Assembly: GCF_018977255.1 (NCBI RefSeq)
Contig: NW_024704742.1
Location: 32,242,001 to 32,306,000 of the forward strand
Direction: 5' to 3'
Length of the DNA: 64,000 nucleotides
DNA from: Callorhinchus milii
Lineage: Eukaryota
Shown: positions 36,970 through 51,106 of the stretch, one piece after another
How the letters are laid out: every line of letters starts with the position of its first letter
Numbering within the stretch: the stretch's first letter is position 1
The notes under the pieces: model-generated
Database searches by the model: none
Told to the model about the DNA's origin: nothing
Seen by the model: only the letters and a program-made list of their open reading frames with translations
Position numbers and translations under genes: made by a program

Positions 36970-37860
36970 CAGCAATTCTGAGAAATCATGTGCAGTGATG
37001 TAGTGATGGCGGTGGGTCAAGTCGGACGAACCAGGAGTGTGTGGTTCCACTAAGGTGGATGAGGAAGGAGAAGTAGTGGAGGAGGATACATTATAGACTG
37101 TCCTGAAAGCAGCGGAGAGGTCCAAGAGGACAGGGAGGCAGATAGAGCCCTGGTCACAGAGAAAGAGGACGTAATTTGTGACGGGCAGAGTGATAATCAG
37201 ACTGGAGGGGTTCGAGTAGGGAGTGGAGGGAAAGGTGTGAGCGAGGTTGATTGGCAACAGCGTGTTGCAGAACTTTAGAAATAAACAACAACAAGATTTC
37301 ATTTATAGAGCGCCTTTCACGTTGGGAGGACGTCCCAAGGCGCTGGACAGTTGGGTCAGGACCCGAGCAGGGGGGAAATGGTCAGGTTGAGGGGAGGGAA
37401 GGGAGTGAGGAGGGGTAGAGAGTCGAGAGGGGAGCTGAAGGCGCGGTCAAAGAGAAAGGTCTTGAGACCGGCCTTGAAGGAGGAAAGGGAGGAAGCGGCG
37501 AAGGCACTGGGGGATGAAGTTCCAGAGCCTCGGGGCTGAGAGGCTGAAGGCCCGGCCACCAATGGTAGGGCGGTTGGGGTGGGGGATGTGGTGCAGACCG
37601 GAGCCAGAGGAACGGAGGGTACGAGCAGGTAAGTAACAGAGGTAAGTACGGGCGGGCATAAAGAGCAAGTTTGAGATCGGCCAGCTGTTTGCAAAATTAG
37701 TAGGATCAAGGGTTTTTTTTAAAGGAGGGGGAGATGATGACAACAGTTTTGAGGGGGGAGCGGGATGGTATGTGAGGAGAGGGACAGGTTAACTGTGTCT
37801 GCCGGCAGGCGGCAGAGGAGAGGGAAGTGGCTGGTCAGCTAATAGGTGGGGAGCAGGTTC
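36970..37860 (-). mobile_element. Old L2 fragment with a nested younger L2 3' end (~37285-37655)
   Basis: LLDLSAAF and PLKKTLDP..N.PISNL flank an inserted L2 tail. Confidence 0.75.
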
Positions 37861-40800
37861 AGGTAAAGACTGAAATTATGAAAGGGTCTCCTGGCCAACA
37901 ATTCCACCCCTAAAAATAGTCATTCACTTCATGCTGTTATTGTTATTATTTCACAGCACTGATTTCATTCACCATGAATAGACGACAGCCTTCTTCCAAA
38001 AATTAAACCATTCAAAACTTTCTTTTGTCAAAAATAAAATGACCTTTGTAAACTGATGTTTTCAAAAACTACTTAAGGTAATTTCTGAAATTTACTGATG
38101 AACAAACACAATTGAATGTTCTGACTCTAATCCAGGAAGTATGAGTAACTGTTCTGAGCTTGTATTTGATATAGTGTAAGACTGCTCCCTCTTCCGGTAG
38201 GCATATAGATTATTTCAGGTGGAAGCAATTAAACATCATCACATTGGAGTCCAGAAATTTACCAATAGATTGAGTTTGGATGTGGAGAATTATGGGCATA
38301 ATAAAAGGCTCGGAGGCAAACTGACTTGAACATCTCAATTCCTTTGAAATAGCCCGAATATTTTATTTATTTAAAGTAGGTAGGCTATCTGAAAGAAAAT
38401 AATCCTCCTTGGGGTGAGTCTCCTGGGAGCTGAGCTGACTTCAAGGTGACATGCACGGCCACAGAATGGCAGAATTGAGCCAGCCCTCTGTCCGCAGTAT
38501 TCCAGGGCACTGCTGATAACAGCACAGCGATCCTGGCTCATCAGGAGGACTTAGAAAGGCAGATCAGTCACTGGGGGAAAGGAAACATTCCAGTCAGCTC
38601 CTGTTAACCCTGCAAGCCAAATCGCTAACGGGAAGGGTGGTCCTAGCTGGACACGCAGTGAGAAAGCTTGCTAGACAGAAATATCAATGTTAGGCTAGAT
38701 TATACTCCACTGGTTCGACTGTTAGCTGGTTAGACTCCAGCAGTACCTCAACACACTCTCTGGGGTCCTCAAGCCTTGGGTCTTGCCAACCTGCACCTAA
38801 TACTTTCCAGAATTAGGTAAGCAGGTTGTGTCCCTCCAGGGAGAGAGTGTGCATTCCAATAATCTCTCTCTGGGATTTCCATGTGCAGGTGGGATTCATG
38901 GAATTCTCAGTTTAGTTTAGATCCTCTTGAGCATGGTGATGAGTTTCCGCATGTGTCAGACACCCGGCTGATCGCCAAAAATCTAGATCATTTAACCTTG
39001 AATTTAACTCTTCTCATAGGAGACATTCCTGTGGTCCCATAGACACAGAGATTATGTATGAAAACCATTAAAAATGCTTTTTACCCACAAAACCATATAT
39101 TCTTCTGTTAAAAAAAAAGAAGCTTTAGTTGTGGGAAAACATTTGACATATTTGGTGATTAAAAAAACCTAAAAATTTGGATTATTTTGGAAAGTCAAAC
39201 AAAAAACAAACAAAAAAATCAAGTTTTATGCTCACATTGTATGTCAGAGGACAGCACAAAGTCTTTCACAACACATCTCCAATTAGTTTCTTGCATCCTT
39301 AGAGCACAGGCAAATTGGGAGCGATTCTGGTGCCAAGCAACTCCATGTTTGCCAAAAAATATGTCCTGAAGTATACTGCGTACATACAGGGCTTCCGCAT
39401 GTGTGAGACACCTGGCTGATCAAAACAAGAAAGAAGACTTCCAAAAGTTCTGTAATAATCCAAAGTACTTCTGTTAATCTGGATCTTTCAATCCTTCAAA
39501 TGCAAATCTTATTGTCATCATGTAAGCTGTAGTGTAAGTACTTGTTTGTGCAGACAAGGAGCGATCTACCCTGAGATAGGATTCAAGTGGCTGTATGGCA
39601 TTGGTGTGACATTGGCATCATAATCTGGGCTTGTAGTGGGCAGCCACTGTACTGCTGATAAAGTAATTATAATCCTTGCATTTAATATAGCGCCTTATCA
39701 CGTCTTCGAGACATCTCAAAGCGCTTCACGGAATATACTGTAAAGTGGATTGACTGTGTATTTTGTAGATGAAATGCGACAGCCAAGTGCGCAATTGTCT
39801 TATCAGATAAGACATTAAACAGATCTCATCTGCCTGCCCTGATGGTTCAGGTAAATGTTAAAGATACAGTGGCACAATTTCAAAGAAGATCACTGGCATC
39901 TCGCAGGGCATGGGCTAGCATTCCTCCTTCAACCAAAATTCACCAAAAAGGAATAGATTAAATTAGGTCATTTCTTCTCATTGTATGTGGTTCATTGCTG
40001 ATGCAGATTAGCTGCTGAGCTTGCATTTGTAACAACATTCCCAATACTTCAAAGTAACTCATTGTATGAATTTGAGATGCTTTGAGATGATAAGGCATTA
40101 TATCAAATGCAAGGTATTATTATTATGGCATGTCACTATGATTCTTCTTGGTTCTTTTGTGCCCTTCCCCCAAAAAGCGTTGGCACAATTTCACCGCATT
40201 TCACTGCTATACTCATGTTGTCATTTTCATCATGTAAAATATGTATAGAATAATACATTTTAGATACTGTACAAGCTATTAGGTAAATAGTATGTCTACA
40301 AACTGCATAATAGTATATCCCTTAAAAAGAACCACAAAAGCACTTTCCAAAGAACCTTGTGGAACCTTTGTTTCATGTCGTTTGCTTGTAGTATTACAGC
40401 ATTTTGCTCTTTTATCTGGAAGATTGAGGTTTACTTCGTTCTTTGGCCATTTCATTATGAGGAGATGACTTGAACTTGTAAGAGTGAATAAACATGATTA
40501 TGTTAATTAGTTGTTGTGATCAATAAATTGTCTACAACAGGAAATATGCTAAAGATAGTTTTGAAACAGCAACACCTGTAGCTGTTTAGATCCACAGTTT
40601 AAATTTAGATTAAAACATGTCATAACTCTCTTTGATACCAAATTCACTCTTGTCATATTACCTAACACATTTAGTATATTTTCTTCCATTGTTATCTATT
40701 AAATGCAAGGATTATTATTATTAATTGCACATTTTTGGAGGACACCTCCCAAAACACAATGCACTTCAAGCAATGCATTGATTGGAGTGTCAGCCTGGAC

Positions 40801-41396
40801 TGTGAGTTATTCTCTGTTGATTTCAATACGTTGCTGTATTAGGTTTAATTTTGTGTCTTCAACAAATTAAATAGAACAAACATAGGGATATGAATTTTAA
40901 AAATCTATCAGATTTTACCTAATATATACATAAATGTAATTAACATAAAACCTTATACTGTACAATTAACAAATAGGAATGGTATGTTACTATGTTATTA
41001 GAATCAGCGCCTTGGGACATCCTCCCGATGTGAAACGCGCTATACAAATGTAATCTTGTTGTTGCAGAATCCAAATATTGCATAAACAACTAATAATGTT
41101 GTTCCATTTATTCTTTAAGGGAAAAATGCAAACTGGTTATTAGAGTATGAAGAGAGAAAGTAAAAATCTGAGAACTATTACCTGTAATGGCTCCAGTTTA
41201 GAAATGTAGAACAGGGAATCTGAGGTGAAATTTTCTGTGCGCAAATTATTTGCTATTTCTGCCACCCACTCAGGTACAGTGGTGTTTACATTGCAACTGT
41301 TCCCTTATGTTTTGTGTAGTACATGTGACCAGTGTTTAACAGGTGTCACCAAGGACACAGTGCTGAATCCATTACTGGGACAAAGGTTAACTAATA

Positions 41397-41805
41397 TAAT
41401 AATCCTTGCATTTGATATAGTGCCTTGTCACGTCTTCGAGACGCCTCAAAGCGCTTCACAGAATATACTGTAAAGTGAATTCACTGTATATTTTGTGGGC
41501 AAAATGCGGCAACCAATTGCCACAAACATGTGGATTGTGTAATCAAATTATTAAAGCGCTCTGGGACGCTATCCTGCATGAGGGGTGCTATATAACTGTA
41601 AGTTGTTGTTGCTGTTATTATTATTTTTGAAGGGATTATTACCCCCGGAAAAGTGATCCGCCAATCGAATAACAACCAGGTTCCTGCTTACTGCTAGGTA
41701 AAGAGAGGGTGTGGAGTAAGGAAACTTGCCTTTTCGCCCAGCCAGGAATCAATGTCTTCTTGTGTTGCAAGGAGAGTGCTCTAATCACTAAGCTACAGGA
41801 CTCCA
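41397..41805 (-). mobile_element. Older full-length copy of the same SINE with a nested LINE-tail fragment
   Basis: Minus-strand head ggagtcctgtagcttagtgattagagc; tail at 41397; interrupted at ~41530-41615. Confidence 0.7.
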
Positions 41806-44800
41806 GGACTCACTAAGGAAGAATTAAAATGAATGTGGTTAATATATGTATTCTTGTCTGCAATTCGCTACATGATTGAGATTGGTGCATCTGAGGAGGT
41901 ACCAAGCAGGGGATCATCCTTTTCCCTTAAGGCGTGAGAGGAAATTGGTTGGCAAAATATCCTGTGGCACCTATGCCAAAGCAGCAGAATTAAGAGGGCC
42001 CAGTTAATGGTTGCAAAGTGCTATTTCAGTACAGACACTAGGAAGTATTTAATTTTGCTCTTCCCTGTCTTTGGCATCTGTGTAGATACATGGAGAGGGA
42101 AGTGTTAGCCTGGCTCAGTTAGTAGCACTCTCACTTCTGAGTTAAAAAGTGTGGGTTTGAGCTGCTTGTTAGAACTTTGAGCTCATAGTCTGGGCTGACA
42201 CTTTAATGTGGTACCAGGCAAGCACTTCGCTTATAATAATAGAATTTAAACCAAGGTCCTATCTGACTGTTCAGGTTATGGATGTAGAATCATAACAAAT
42301 TACAATGCAGAAGAAAACCATTCAACCCATCAAGTCTGCACCAGCTCTCAGAGTAAGCTGTCTATTCAATCCCTTCAAGCCTTTACCTTTCATATACCTG
42401 TCTACCTCCTTCTTGACACATTAAATCCTATGGTAAGTCTTTATGCTGGCCTCAATGAATACTGTCGAAAACAGACATTATAGTCTTCCGCCAGTGAGGA
42501 ACAAGACTCAAAACAATGTTCAATTAGGAGTCTGCATATCACAAGGAAAATAAATACTGCACTGTGGTCCAGATTCCATTGACGTTTGGGAGAGATGTTA
42601 CGAAAATTAAAGCACAATAGCTCATAACTCTCTGACACTGGTATCGCCAACACCCGGAGGATTAGTGGTCATGCATCCCTATTTGTGTCCCATTTATCTC
42701 CATGACAACAATCACTACACTCCAAAGTAACTCATTGTGTAATATGCTTTGAGACATTTTGGCTTGATGAAGCACTACTTATCAAATGCCTATTAATTTC
42801 ACTATCCAATTGCCTTTTGGAATGGCTAGCCTGGGCTAAAAGGTCTCTACTCCCCTTGCACGAGAAAGAAGGGAAAGATGAAACATGGTAAATGCTCTGT
42901 TCTTACCATTACCAAATGGTTAAAATTCATAATTTGTAATGATAGTAGCACTGTACCTTGCTAACATCAGCAATGGAATCTGGACCACAGAAAAGTATTT
43001 ATTTTCCTTGGGGTATGCAGACTCCTAATTGAACTTTTTCACGCACAATTGCCTTTGGCATTGGGAATTAATATTGATTTATTTTGCTTATAACCTTTGC
43101 TTTTGAAATTTATAAATTTTTCTTTCATAATTTATCGTGTATCGTTAAAGTGACTCTAAAACACAATTTATTTCTCCAAAAATGTTGATCTTTACTACCT
43201 AATATATTCACCTTAACATTAACCGTGGCTTTTTCTTAAGTGACCTGCCAAAATAAAGTTTGCCAAAGGTTTTCGTAATTGTTGATATTATTATGTAAAG
43301 ATCTCTGTCATCTTTGATTTGTGACAGGAATTCACAAATTAATCTGAGACCTTTCTTTGCTCAACAATGTCTTTGATCTGCTGTTCCAGAAAGATCAAGC
43401 ATGTTAGGAAATCTTGCAGTGGCAGGAATATGCTGTTAAATTGGTTCTGTAGTGCACAGGGAAATAACAGCTCACTAAAAGAGAATAGGCAATTTAAAAT
43501 ATTAATTAGGCATTAAGACTTCAAGTCACGGCTCCACTAATGACTCAGTTTGTATAGCTGCTGCCGAATGGGCAACCAAACAATACAGACCCAGAAAACT
43601 CCCAGGTTCAATCTCCAGGTTGTGCTGTTAGTCAATCTCAGCCAGAGAACCAATTTGGGTGCTGTAATTAGCCCCAGGGTTCCCGAGTTAGTGAGTTTCC
43701 AGCCCTCCCTACTGTCCGGTGACCGCTGCTAAAAATTGTGTATGTGTGGATCTCAGGTGAGATCAGGAGCAGGCTTGTTATGATGCCACATGGCCATATA
43801 GTCTGACTGACAAGGCTCACTCCCACATGAAGAATAGTCACAACAGGGACCATCAATTCAGCTTTCAGTACACAGAATAAACATTTTGCTATTCACCTAA
43901 ATGGGAAGAAATGAGTCTATTCCAAGAGTAAGTCTGAGTGTCATTGTTTCTTTCAGGAGATGGAAACACAGAAATCTTCAGCACAGGAGACCATTTGATC
44001 TATCGAGTTTGCGTTTAGTGACTACAGAACTTTTTCTCGGCGGGTGGATAGGCGTTTGATAAATCCAATACAATTTATGTTCATAAAGCACCTTTTGTGT
44101 TGCAGACATTTTAAAGCACTTTAAATTGCTCAAATAGTTGTGACAGGTGATAAGCCTGCCTAAGTTGTGAATTTATGATGGCCATCAGTTTTGTAAAATG
44201 AATGCAAGGCAGAGGTTTAGTTATTAATGTAGAAGTTACAATTGGTTGTACAGGTGACTTTGTTGATGTAATGTAAAAGATGGAATTCTGTTCCACTGAG
44301 GACAAGGCTGCAGGCATTTGAGAGGTACTGGATTTTTTTTAAAAAAATGGAAAATAACCCAATAATTGGAAAGTAAGGCCAGCCTCCAATTGACTTTATT
44401 TCTACTGGCATTTAATAAAAGGAAATTCAGGAGATGGGTCAGTGGTTCCGCTGACTTGAATTTGATTACCCTTTGCTGTCACTTTGATAGTAATGGATTG
44501 CTTTTTGCAAATACTGCCAAAAGAAAAACATTTTACATGCTGGTCATTCTCAGCTCCAGGTAACACACTGAAACGTGAGTGTTACATGAAAAGGAATGGA
44601 AGAGTCTAGGCATATATTTCACTAGATGTAGTTGCTAACAATGAGAGGGAGAAGAGGCAGATTAAAAATAAAATGAACAAAATCTGTCTGGCCAACCTGA
44701 TGATCCATATGATGTGGATTGTGTTAGCCAGGCTGGAAGAAATACAGTTGCAGAGGTTTGTTTCAGGACTTATTTTACAAGATTAAAAGGTTTAACGAGG

Positions 44801-45454
44801 CTGGAAAGATGCATTTCTAAATATTTTAAATTATTTTCTTTTAAATCCTGCAAGTCCTCACCAATTTAACTTTCTCCCTTAACAGTTCAGCATACAAACT
44901 GTTCTGTGCCACTAGACTGGGATATATTAGAGGGCAGTGGAAGAAGGAAGTTAAGAGGGTAAACTCAACTGAGAATCAGCTAGATTAATTTGAGGGACAA
45001 AATGAAGAATCAACCAAGAGTAGCTGGGATGGTTACAAAGGCAGAACACACTATTGGCGTCAATTTGCATTGACAAAGGGTTGATGTATAGTGATTAGTT
45101 TTCTATAATACAATAATGTTAAGTAACCTCAGACATTTTCATAACTTCATCAAAGGTAAACCTTATGCAAATAAAAGTTAAACTATAAAACGTGTTAATT
45201 TAGAATAAGAGATTCAACATCATAGGTAGAGAAATAAACTGACACCTGCAGCACTACTTATGTAGTACACCATTCTCATTGATTTCACCCACTGTAATCT
45301 CTCTTCAAAATACTGTTTGTGCTCGTGGTTCCTGGGTGCTTGGATTGTTGCTATTCCTCAAGTTTAATTTTTGAAGCAGGTTTTGAAAAATCACTACAGT
45401 ATATAGTGGTATTGATTGTCAACAGGGGGCACTATGCAATCAGTTTTGGGTCAT

Positions 45455-45971
45455 TAGAGCAGAAGGTTGAGAGGAGATTTAATAGATGCGTTCAAAATTA
45501 TGAGGCATTTGATAGAGTAGATAGGGAGAAACTGTATCTTCTGGTGGGTGGGTCAGTAATCAGAGGACACAGATTTAACAACAACTTGCATTTATATAGC
45601 GCCTTTCACATGGAGTAGCATCCCGGAGCGCTTGACAGTGGCGGAATCTGACCCCAATCCAGGAGGAGAGAGAGGAGGGAGGGGGTAGATGACTGTAAGC
45701 AATTTAAGATAATTGGCAAAAGAACCAGAGAGGAGATGAGGAGAATTTTTTTCCCAAGAGTTGTTATGGTCTGGAATGCACTGGCTGAAAGGGTGGTGGA
45801 AGTAGATTCGATAATAACTTTCAAAAGAGAATTGGATAGTTACTTAAAGGAAAAATTTGCAGGGCTGTAAGGTAAGAGCGGGGAGTGGGATGAGTTGGTA
45901 GCTCTTTTCAAAAAGCTGGCACATGTACGATGGGCCAAATGGCCTCCTTCTGTGCTGTAAGATTCTATGAT
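45455..45971 (+). mobile_element. CR1 3' end interrupted by a short L2-tail insertion (~45577-45700)
   Basis: FKIMRHLIE/RVVMVWNAL-like text and 3' end gggccaaatggcctccttctgtgctgtaagattctatga. Confidence 0.75.
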
Positions 45972-46389
45972 TAGCTACAGACTGGGAGGCATCAAATTGG
46001 CTTTAGGCCATGTGTGTGTGAGAATTGTGTGTTGTAGATATCCTCTAATGTCCAATAATTAATCAAAACTCTTTGTTACTTACATTTGTTCGTTTCATTC
46101 CTGAATCAAAGTAATCCACTCATTTTGAAAAAAAATATACATGAAGAAAGGAACAATTCCTTACAGTCATGCTCACTACCTGACAGATGTGAATGTGTTG
46201 AATCAGACAGGCTGTAATATACCTAAATAATAACAACACTATATGCTTCCATTTGATATAGCGCCTTATCATGTGATTGAGAGTCTCAAAGCGCTTCACA
46301 GGATATTGTAAAGTGTGTATTTTGTGAATAAAATGCTTCGGATGATAGCATTTAACGAAATAAAATTACCTTAACTGCGAGTTAGTAAT

Positions 46390-46870
46390 CTGCCGTCCGG
46401 ATACTAACCCGCACAAAACTCCGGACCCCCATCACACCAGTCCTTGCCAGGCTGCACTGGCTCCTGATTACTGAATGGATCGATTTCAAGATCCTTTCAC
46501 TCGTTTTCAAATCCCTTCGTGCCCTCACCCTTCCCTACCTGACCTGCTTAGCCCCCACTCCACCACCCGCTGCCTATGCTCGGCCGGCTCCGGCCTCCTG
46601 TTCGTCCCTCGCCCACTCTTGTCCACCATCAGTGGCTGTGCCTTCAGCCACTGTGACCCGAAGCCCTGGAACTTCCTCCATCTCCACCTTGCCCCCTACC
46701 TCCCCACCTTCAAATCCCGCCTAAAGACTTTTCTTTTTTTATCACGCTTACAGTCACCTCACCCCTCCCTCTGCCCGTGGCTCGGGGTCAGACTCTGCCA
46801 CTGTTAAGCGTTCCGGGACCCTATCTCAGGTGAAGGACGCTTTATAAATGCAAGTTGTTGTTGGTGTTGT
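46390..46870 (+). mobile_element. L2 3' fragment
   Basis: ITPVLARLHWL motif and (GTT)n tail. Confidence 0.75.
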
Positions 46871-47650
46871 AAAATGAAGATCCAGAATTCTTTTTTGCCG
46901 TTAACCTCCTAGAATTGTCTCGTATGTGGACCTTTATCAGACGGCATGTGGTGTCCCAGACAACGGCCCTCAAACAGAATGTTATTTCTTCAATTAATTC
47001 TAGATTAATAGATTAGGGAGACCAATGCTTCTAAACCCATGATTGGTTACTCTGTATATTGTGTGAAGTGTACCGATCGAGGTCTCAAATTACTTCTGGT
47101 TTTAACCTTAAGATTATTTTCTTATAATTTCAGAAAGTGTTATTTCTGACATATTCTTAAATTCACTTTTAATTTGGGAGCTGGTTACAAATAGTTCTTA
47201 AAAAGATACTACGGATACTGTTTTTTTTTCTATTTTCAACCTAGCGGAGTTCATATTATCAAACATGATGGAATACAAAAACACTGTGGTGGGCTGAAAT
47301 GTTTCATACAGCGTTCTGCGATTGGTTCAGACATTAATACTGTGTGTCAACCTTAATGGCATTACCACAAGCTTGAATGGTACTTGACCTGTACTGCTCC
47401 CACTAGACAGTGACAAGCAAAGTGATAGAAACCAGAACATTCATTTTCCTTTCCATGCTCTAACAGCAATTTTAAGTGCTTAAATCCTCTATTTGTGTTT
47501 GGCAGCACACCAGCATAACTTGTGAACATTTAGTAGTGCAGATACCTGCGTGAACAATCATTGCAGAGATAAAAATTGTTGGTCCAGTTAAAATTTGAGC
47601 GTACGATTGTGCAGTTCTAATCGGAATTCTAACCTTAGAATAACCTTAGT

Positions 47651-47974
47651 GGAGTCCTGTAGCTCAGTGGTTAGAGCATTCGCTTTGCAAGTGAGAGACC
47701 TGAGTTCAATTCCAGGCAGGTCAGGGCGAAACCTTGGGCAAGTTTCCTTACTCCACACAGAGCCTAATAATAATCCCTCCAAAACAATAATAAAATTAGT
47801 CATTTTCAATCTACGACTGTTTGTGGACATTGCTGTGCGCAATTGGCTGCCGCGTTCGCCCACAAATATACAGTCAATTCACTTTACAGTGTGTTCAGTG
47901 AAGCGATTTGGGACGTCCTCCCGACGTGAAAAGTGCTATATCAAATGCAAGGATTATTATTATTATTATTATTA
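47651..47974 (+). mobile_element. Full-length tRNA-derived SINE with L2-like 3' tail
   Basis: A box TAGCTCAGTGG, B box GAGTTCAATTCC, 3' end gggacgtcctcccgacgtgaaaagtgctatatcaaatgcaagg(att)n. Confidence 0.88.
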
Positions 47975-49370
47975 TAAAGACCTCTATCAGGACACCCCTG
48001 ATTCTCCTCTTTTCAAGAGAAAAGAGTCCAAGCTTGTTCAGCCTTTCCTGATAGGTATAACATCTCAGTTTTGGGATCATCCTTGTGAATCTCCTTTGCA
48101 CCCTCTCCAGTGCCTCTACGTCCCTTCTATAATGTGGGGACCAGAACTGCACACAGTATTCAAAGTGTGGTCTAACCAAGGTTCTGTAGCAGTTTACCAT
48201 AATTTCCTTGCTTTTCATTTCTATCGCTCTAGAAATGAACCCCAATGCCTGGTTTGCCTTTTTTATGGCCTTATTAACCTGCGTTGCTACTTTTAGTGAA
48301 TTGTGTATGTGTACCACTAGATCCCTTTGCTCCTCTATCCCATTTAGATTTTTATTTTCCAGGATGTATGTGACTTCCTTATTCCTTCTGCCAAAATGTA
48401 CTTTTTTACATTAAAATGCATTTGCCATTTAAATGCCCATTCGGCAAGTTTATTAATGTCTTGCTTTAATTTGTTGCAGTCCTTTTCTGTGTTAACTACC
48501 CACCCCCCAACTTGGTGTCATCTGCAATTTTTTAAATTGTGCTGCTGATTCCCAAGTCCAAATCTAATGTATATTGTGAACAACAGTGGTCTCAATACCG
48601 ATCCTTGTGGAACACCACTGCCCACCCCCTGCCAGTCTGAGTAGTTACCCTTTTACCCCTACTCTCTGTTTTCTGTTTTGTAGCCAGCTTGCTATCCATT
48701 CTGCTATTTCCCCCCTGATTCCACATGCTCTGACCTTATTCATTAGTCTATTATGTGGTATCTAATCGAACACCTTTTGGAAATCTAAATATAATACATC
48801 TCGCGCATTACCCATGTCTACTCTTTCTTTTACCCCTTCAAAGAATTCAATGAGGTTGGTGAAGCATAGCCTTCCTTTTTGAAATCCGTGCTGACTATTC
48901 TTTATTATATTTTCTGTTTTTAGATGTTTTTCTATTACCTCCTTCAGTAAGTCTTCCATTATCATTCCTACCACCGATGTTAAGCTGACAGGTCTGTAGT
49001 TCCCTGGGCTTGTTATATTTTTTAAATATAGGTTTAACATTAGCTATCCTCCAGTCCTCTGGCACTACTCCCTTTTCTAATGAGTCATTATGTATGTGTA
49101 ATGACTCTGCTACCTCTTCCCTCGCGGATGCGATCCATCTGGACCGGGGGTTTTATCCTCTCTGAGTTTCGTTACTTTTTCGATTATATCTCCCCTTTGT
49201 ATCTTAAATGTATTTATATTATTATCGATCTCTTCTTCTACTGTGATGTCCACCTGATCCGTCTCCCCGGTGAATACTGAGGCAAAGGAATTATTTAATA
49301 TTTCTGCTATTTCACTGTCGCAGCCTGTGAGCTTATCTTGTCCATCCCTTAGTGGCCCTATTCCTATATT
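47975..49370 (-). mobile_element. CR1-clade LINE ORF2 fragment
   Basis: GNYRPVSLTSVVG, SQHGFQKGR, YLDFQKVFD, YRTLVRPHFEYCVQFWSP, LERVQRRFTRMIP. Confidence 0.9.
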
Positions 49371-51106
49371 TCTTTTATAATAATATTGTTATTTATATGT
49401 CCGTAGAGTATTTTACTATTTCTTTTTATATTCCTTGATAATTTAATTTCATAATTCCTCTGTGCCCTTCATAATTCCTCTTTGCTCTCTTTACTTTCAG
49501 TTTTTATAACAAAATACAGAAGTCTAATTATTTTGCTTTGCTATACATGAGATATTTTTGGTTTATACAGCCAGTAAACAAGAGTCTCACAGTTTCCTTT
49601 TAAATGTGTAGTTTAAATTGTAAGTGCTCTGAGCCACTACTCTGTGTGCTATATAGGTTCAAGTCCAATTTTGCATAAGCCTAAATTCTGATGTCACAGA
49701 GAGTTGAAAAGTGCCTTATGTAAGAGGGAATTTACATTTTGAAGTGTGTTTTGGATGGAACGGATGAGGTTAACCCCTGTCTTATTTGCGTGCACTGTAA
49801 AATACCGGGTAATTGTGTGCATTTGTAGTTTTATTATGTTGAATCTCCAAAATACTTCATAATTAATTTATGTTAAGTAGCAACTATTTTCTTAGGCAAA
49901 TTCTAAGCAACCATTTGTACCTGCAAGATTCCAGGAACAACCCTGGGGTGAGTGACTAATTAATTAGGAGGATTGTTGTTCAGGACACCAGTAGAAACTC
50001 CAGGACATTGCTTTAACGCTTCATGTAAAGGACAGGACTTCTGACAATAAAACACTCTGCCCAGGACTGTACTGGTGTTACCCTAGTCTAGGGCCTAGAC
50101 CAGGAATATTTCTTGATTTATGTCATAAATTGAACACAGACTTACTTAGATTTGTGCACTTCTTAATGGCCCTGTGGCCCACTGGCCTAGATTACGGTTC
50201 CTATATGGAGGAAGCTTGGACCCACAACCTTTGCAAACTAACCGAACCAAACTGGTATTTATTGTAAAGAAATGCATAGAATTACTCTGTTTTACAATGC
50301 ACGTAAGGCAGGAGCTAACATCATCAGTTCTACACAGACATTTGTGTGACATCACTACAAAAAACTGTGTTCATTTAGAAAAGAGTTTCACTATTTCTGT
50401 GCTTCACGGACAACCTCTAGTGGCAATAATCAGTACTACACAGTATTGGAAAAGGCAGAACACCTAACGATCTGTCCATCCTTATGTCCCACAGCACTGT
50501 ATCTACAAAATCTGTTTAACAGTACAGGCATTAACAGTACACAGGGATCAGTAACTCTGTCTAAATGGAAGACAAAATTGCAAATCCTAAACTCTTACAT
50601 AGATTAAAAAAATACTTTTGCCCATGTACATGTACAGTCATTTTCCTGAAGAGGATTTATTCCCCAAATTCCTCTTTTTAGAATACCAAAACATCTCATA
50701 TGAGGAATTCATCTTTTTCTAAAACTACTGATTCAGTACACACGGATGATTCAATAGAACCTCATTACAACCCACTCCATTATAACGCAGGTGTCCCCTA
50801 TAACATGGGTGCGGGAACCACGGGGCAGCTTCCTGCTCCGCTAAGAAATAGCTAATTTCCGGTCACCACATGGAACACTGACCGGTGACCGTGCCCATTA
50901 CAAGATGGGCTGGAATATTACGGGCCCTAACGACTGCATTACAGTGGGTCTTAACTCAATAGAACCTCATTATTAGGGGGCCCATTTATAATGTCATTTG
51001 CTTATCAAGTGGATGGTCTGTGATTGGTTTTGACACACAGACCCACATAAAAAGTGACAATAGTGATGACCTGATTACCTAGACATTGGCTTTTTTTAAC
51101 GTGCTT

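Noticed and set aside
38335..38365. YFKG as a missing serpin exon
   Set aside because: Flanking residues (LVNAI before, W after) are absent.
47651..47725. tRNA gene
   Set aside because: Poor acceptor-stem pairing and continues into a SINE body and tail; it is a SINE head.
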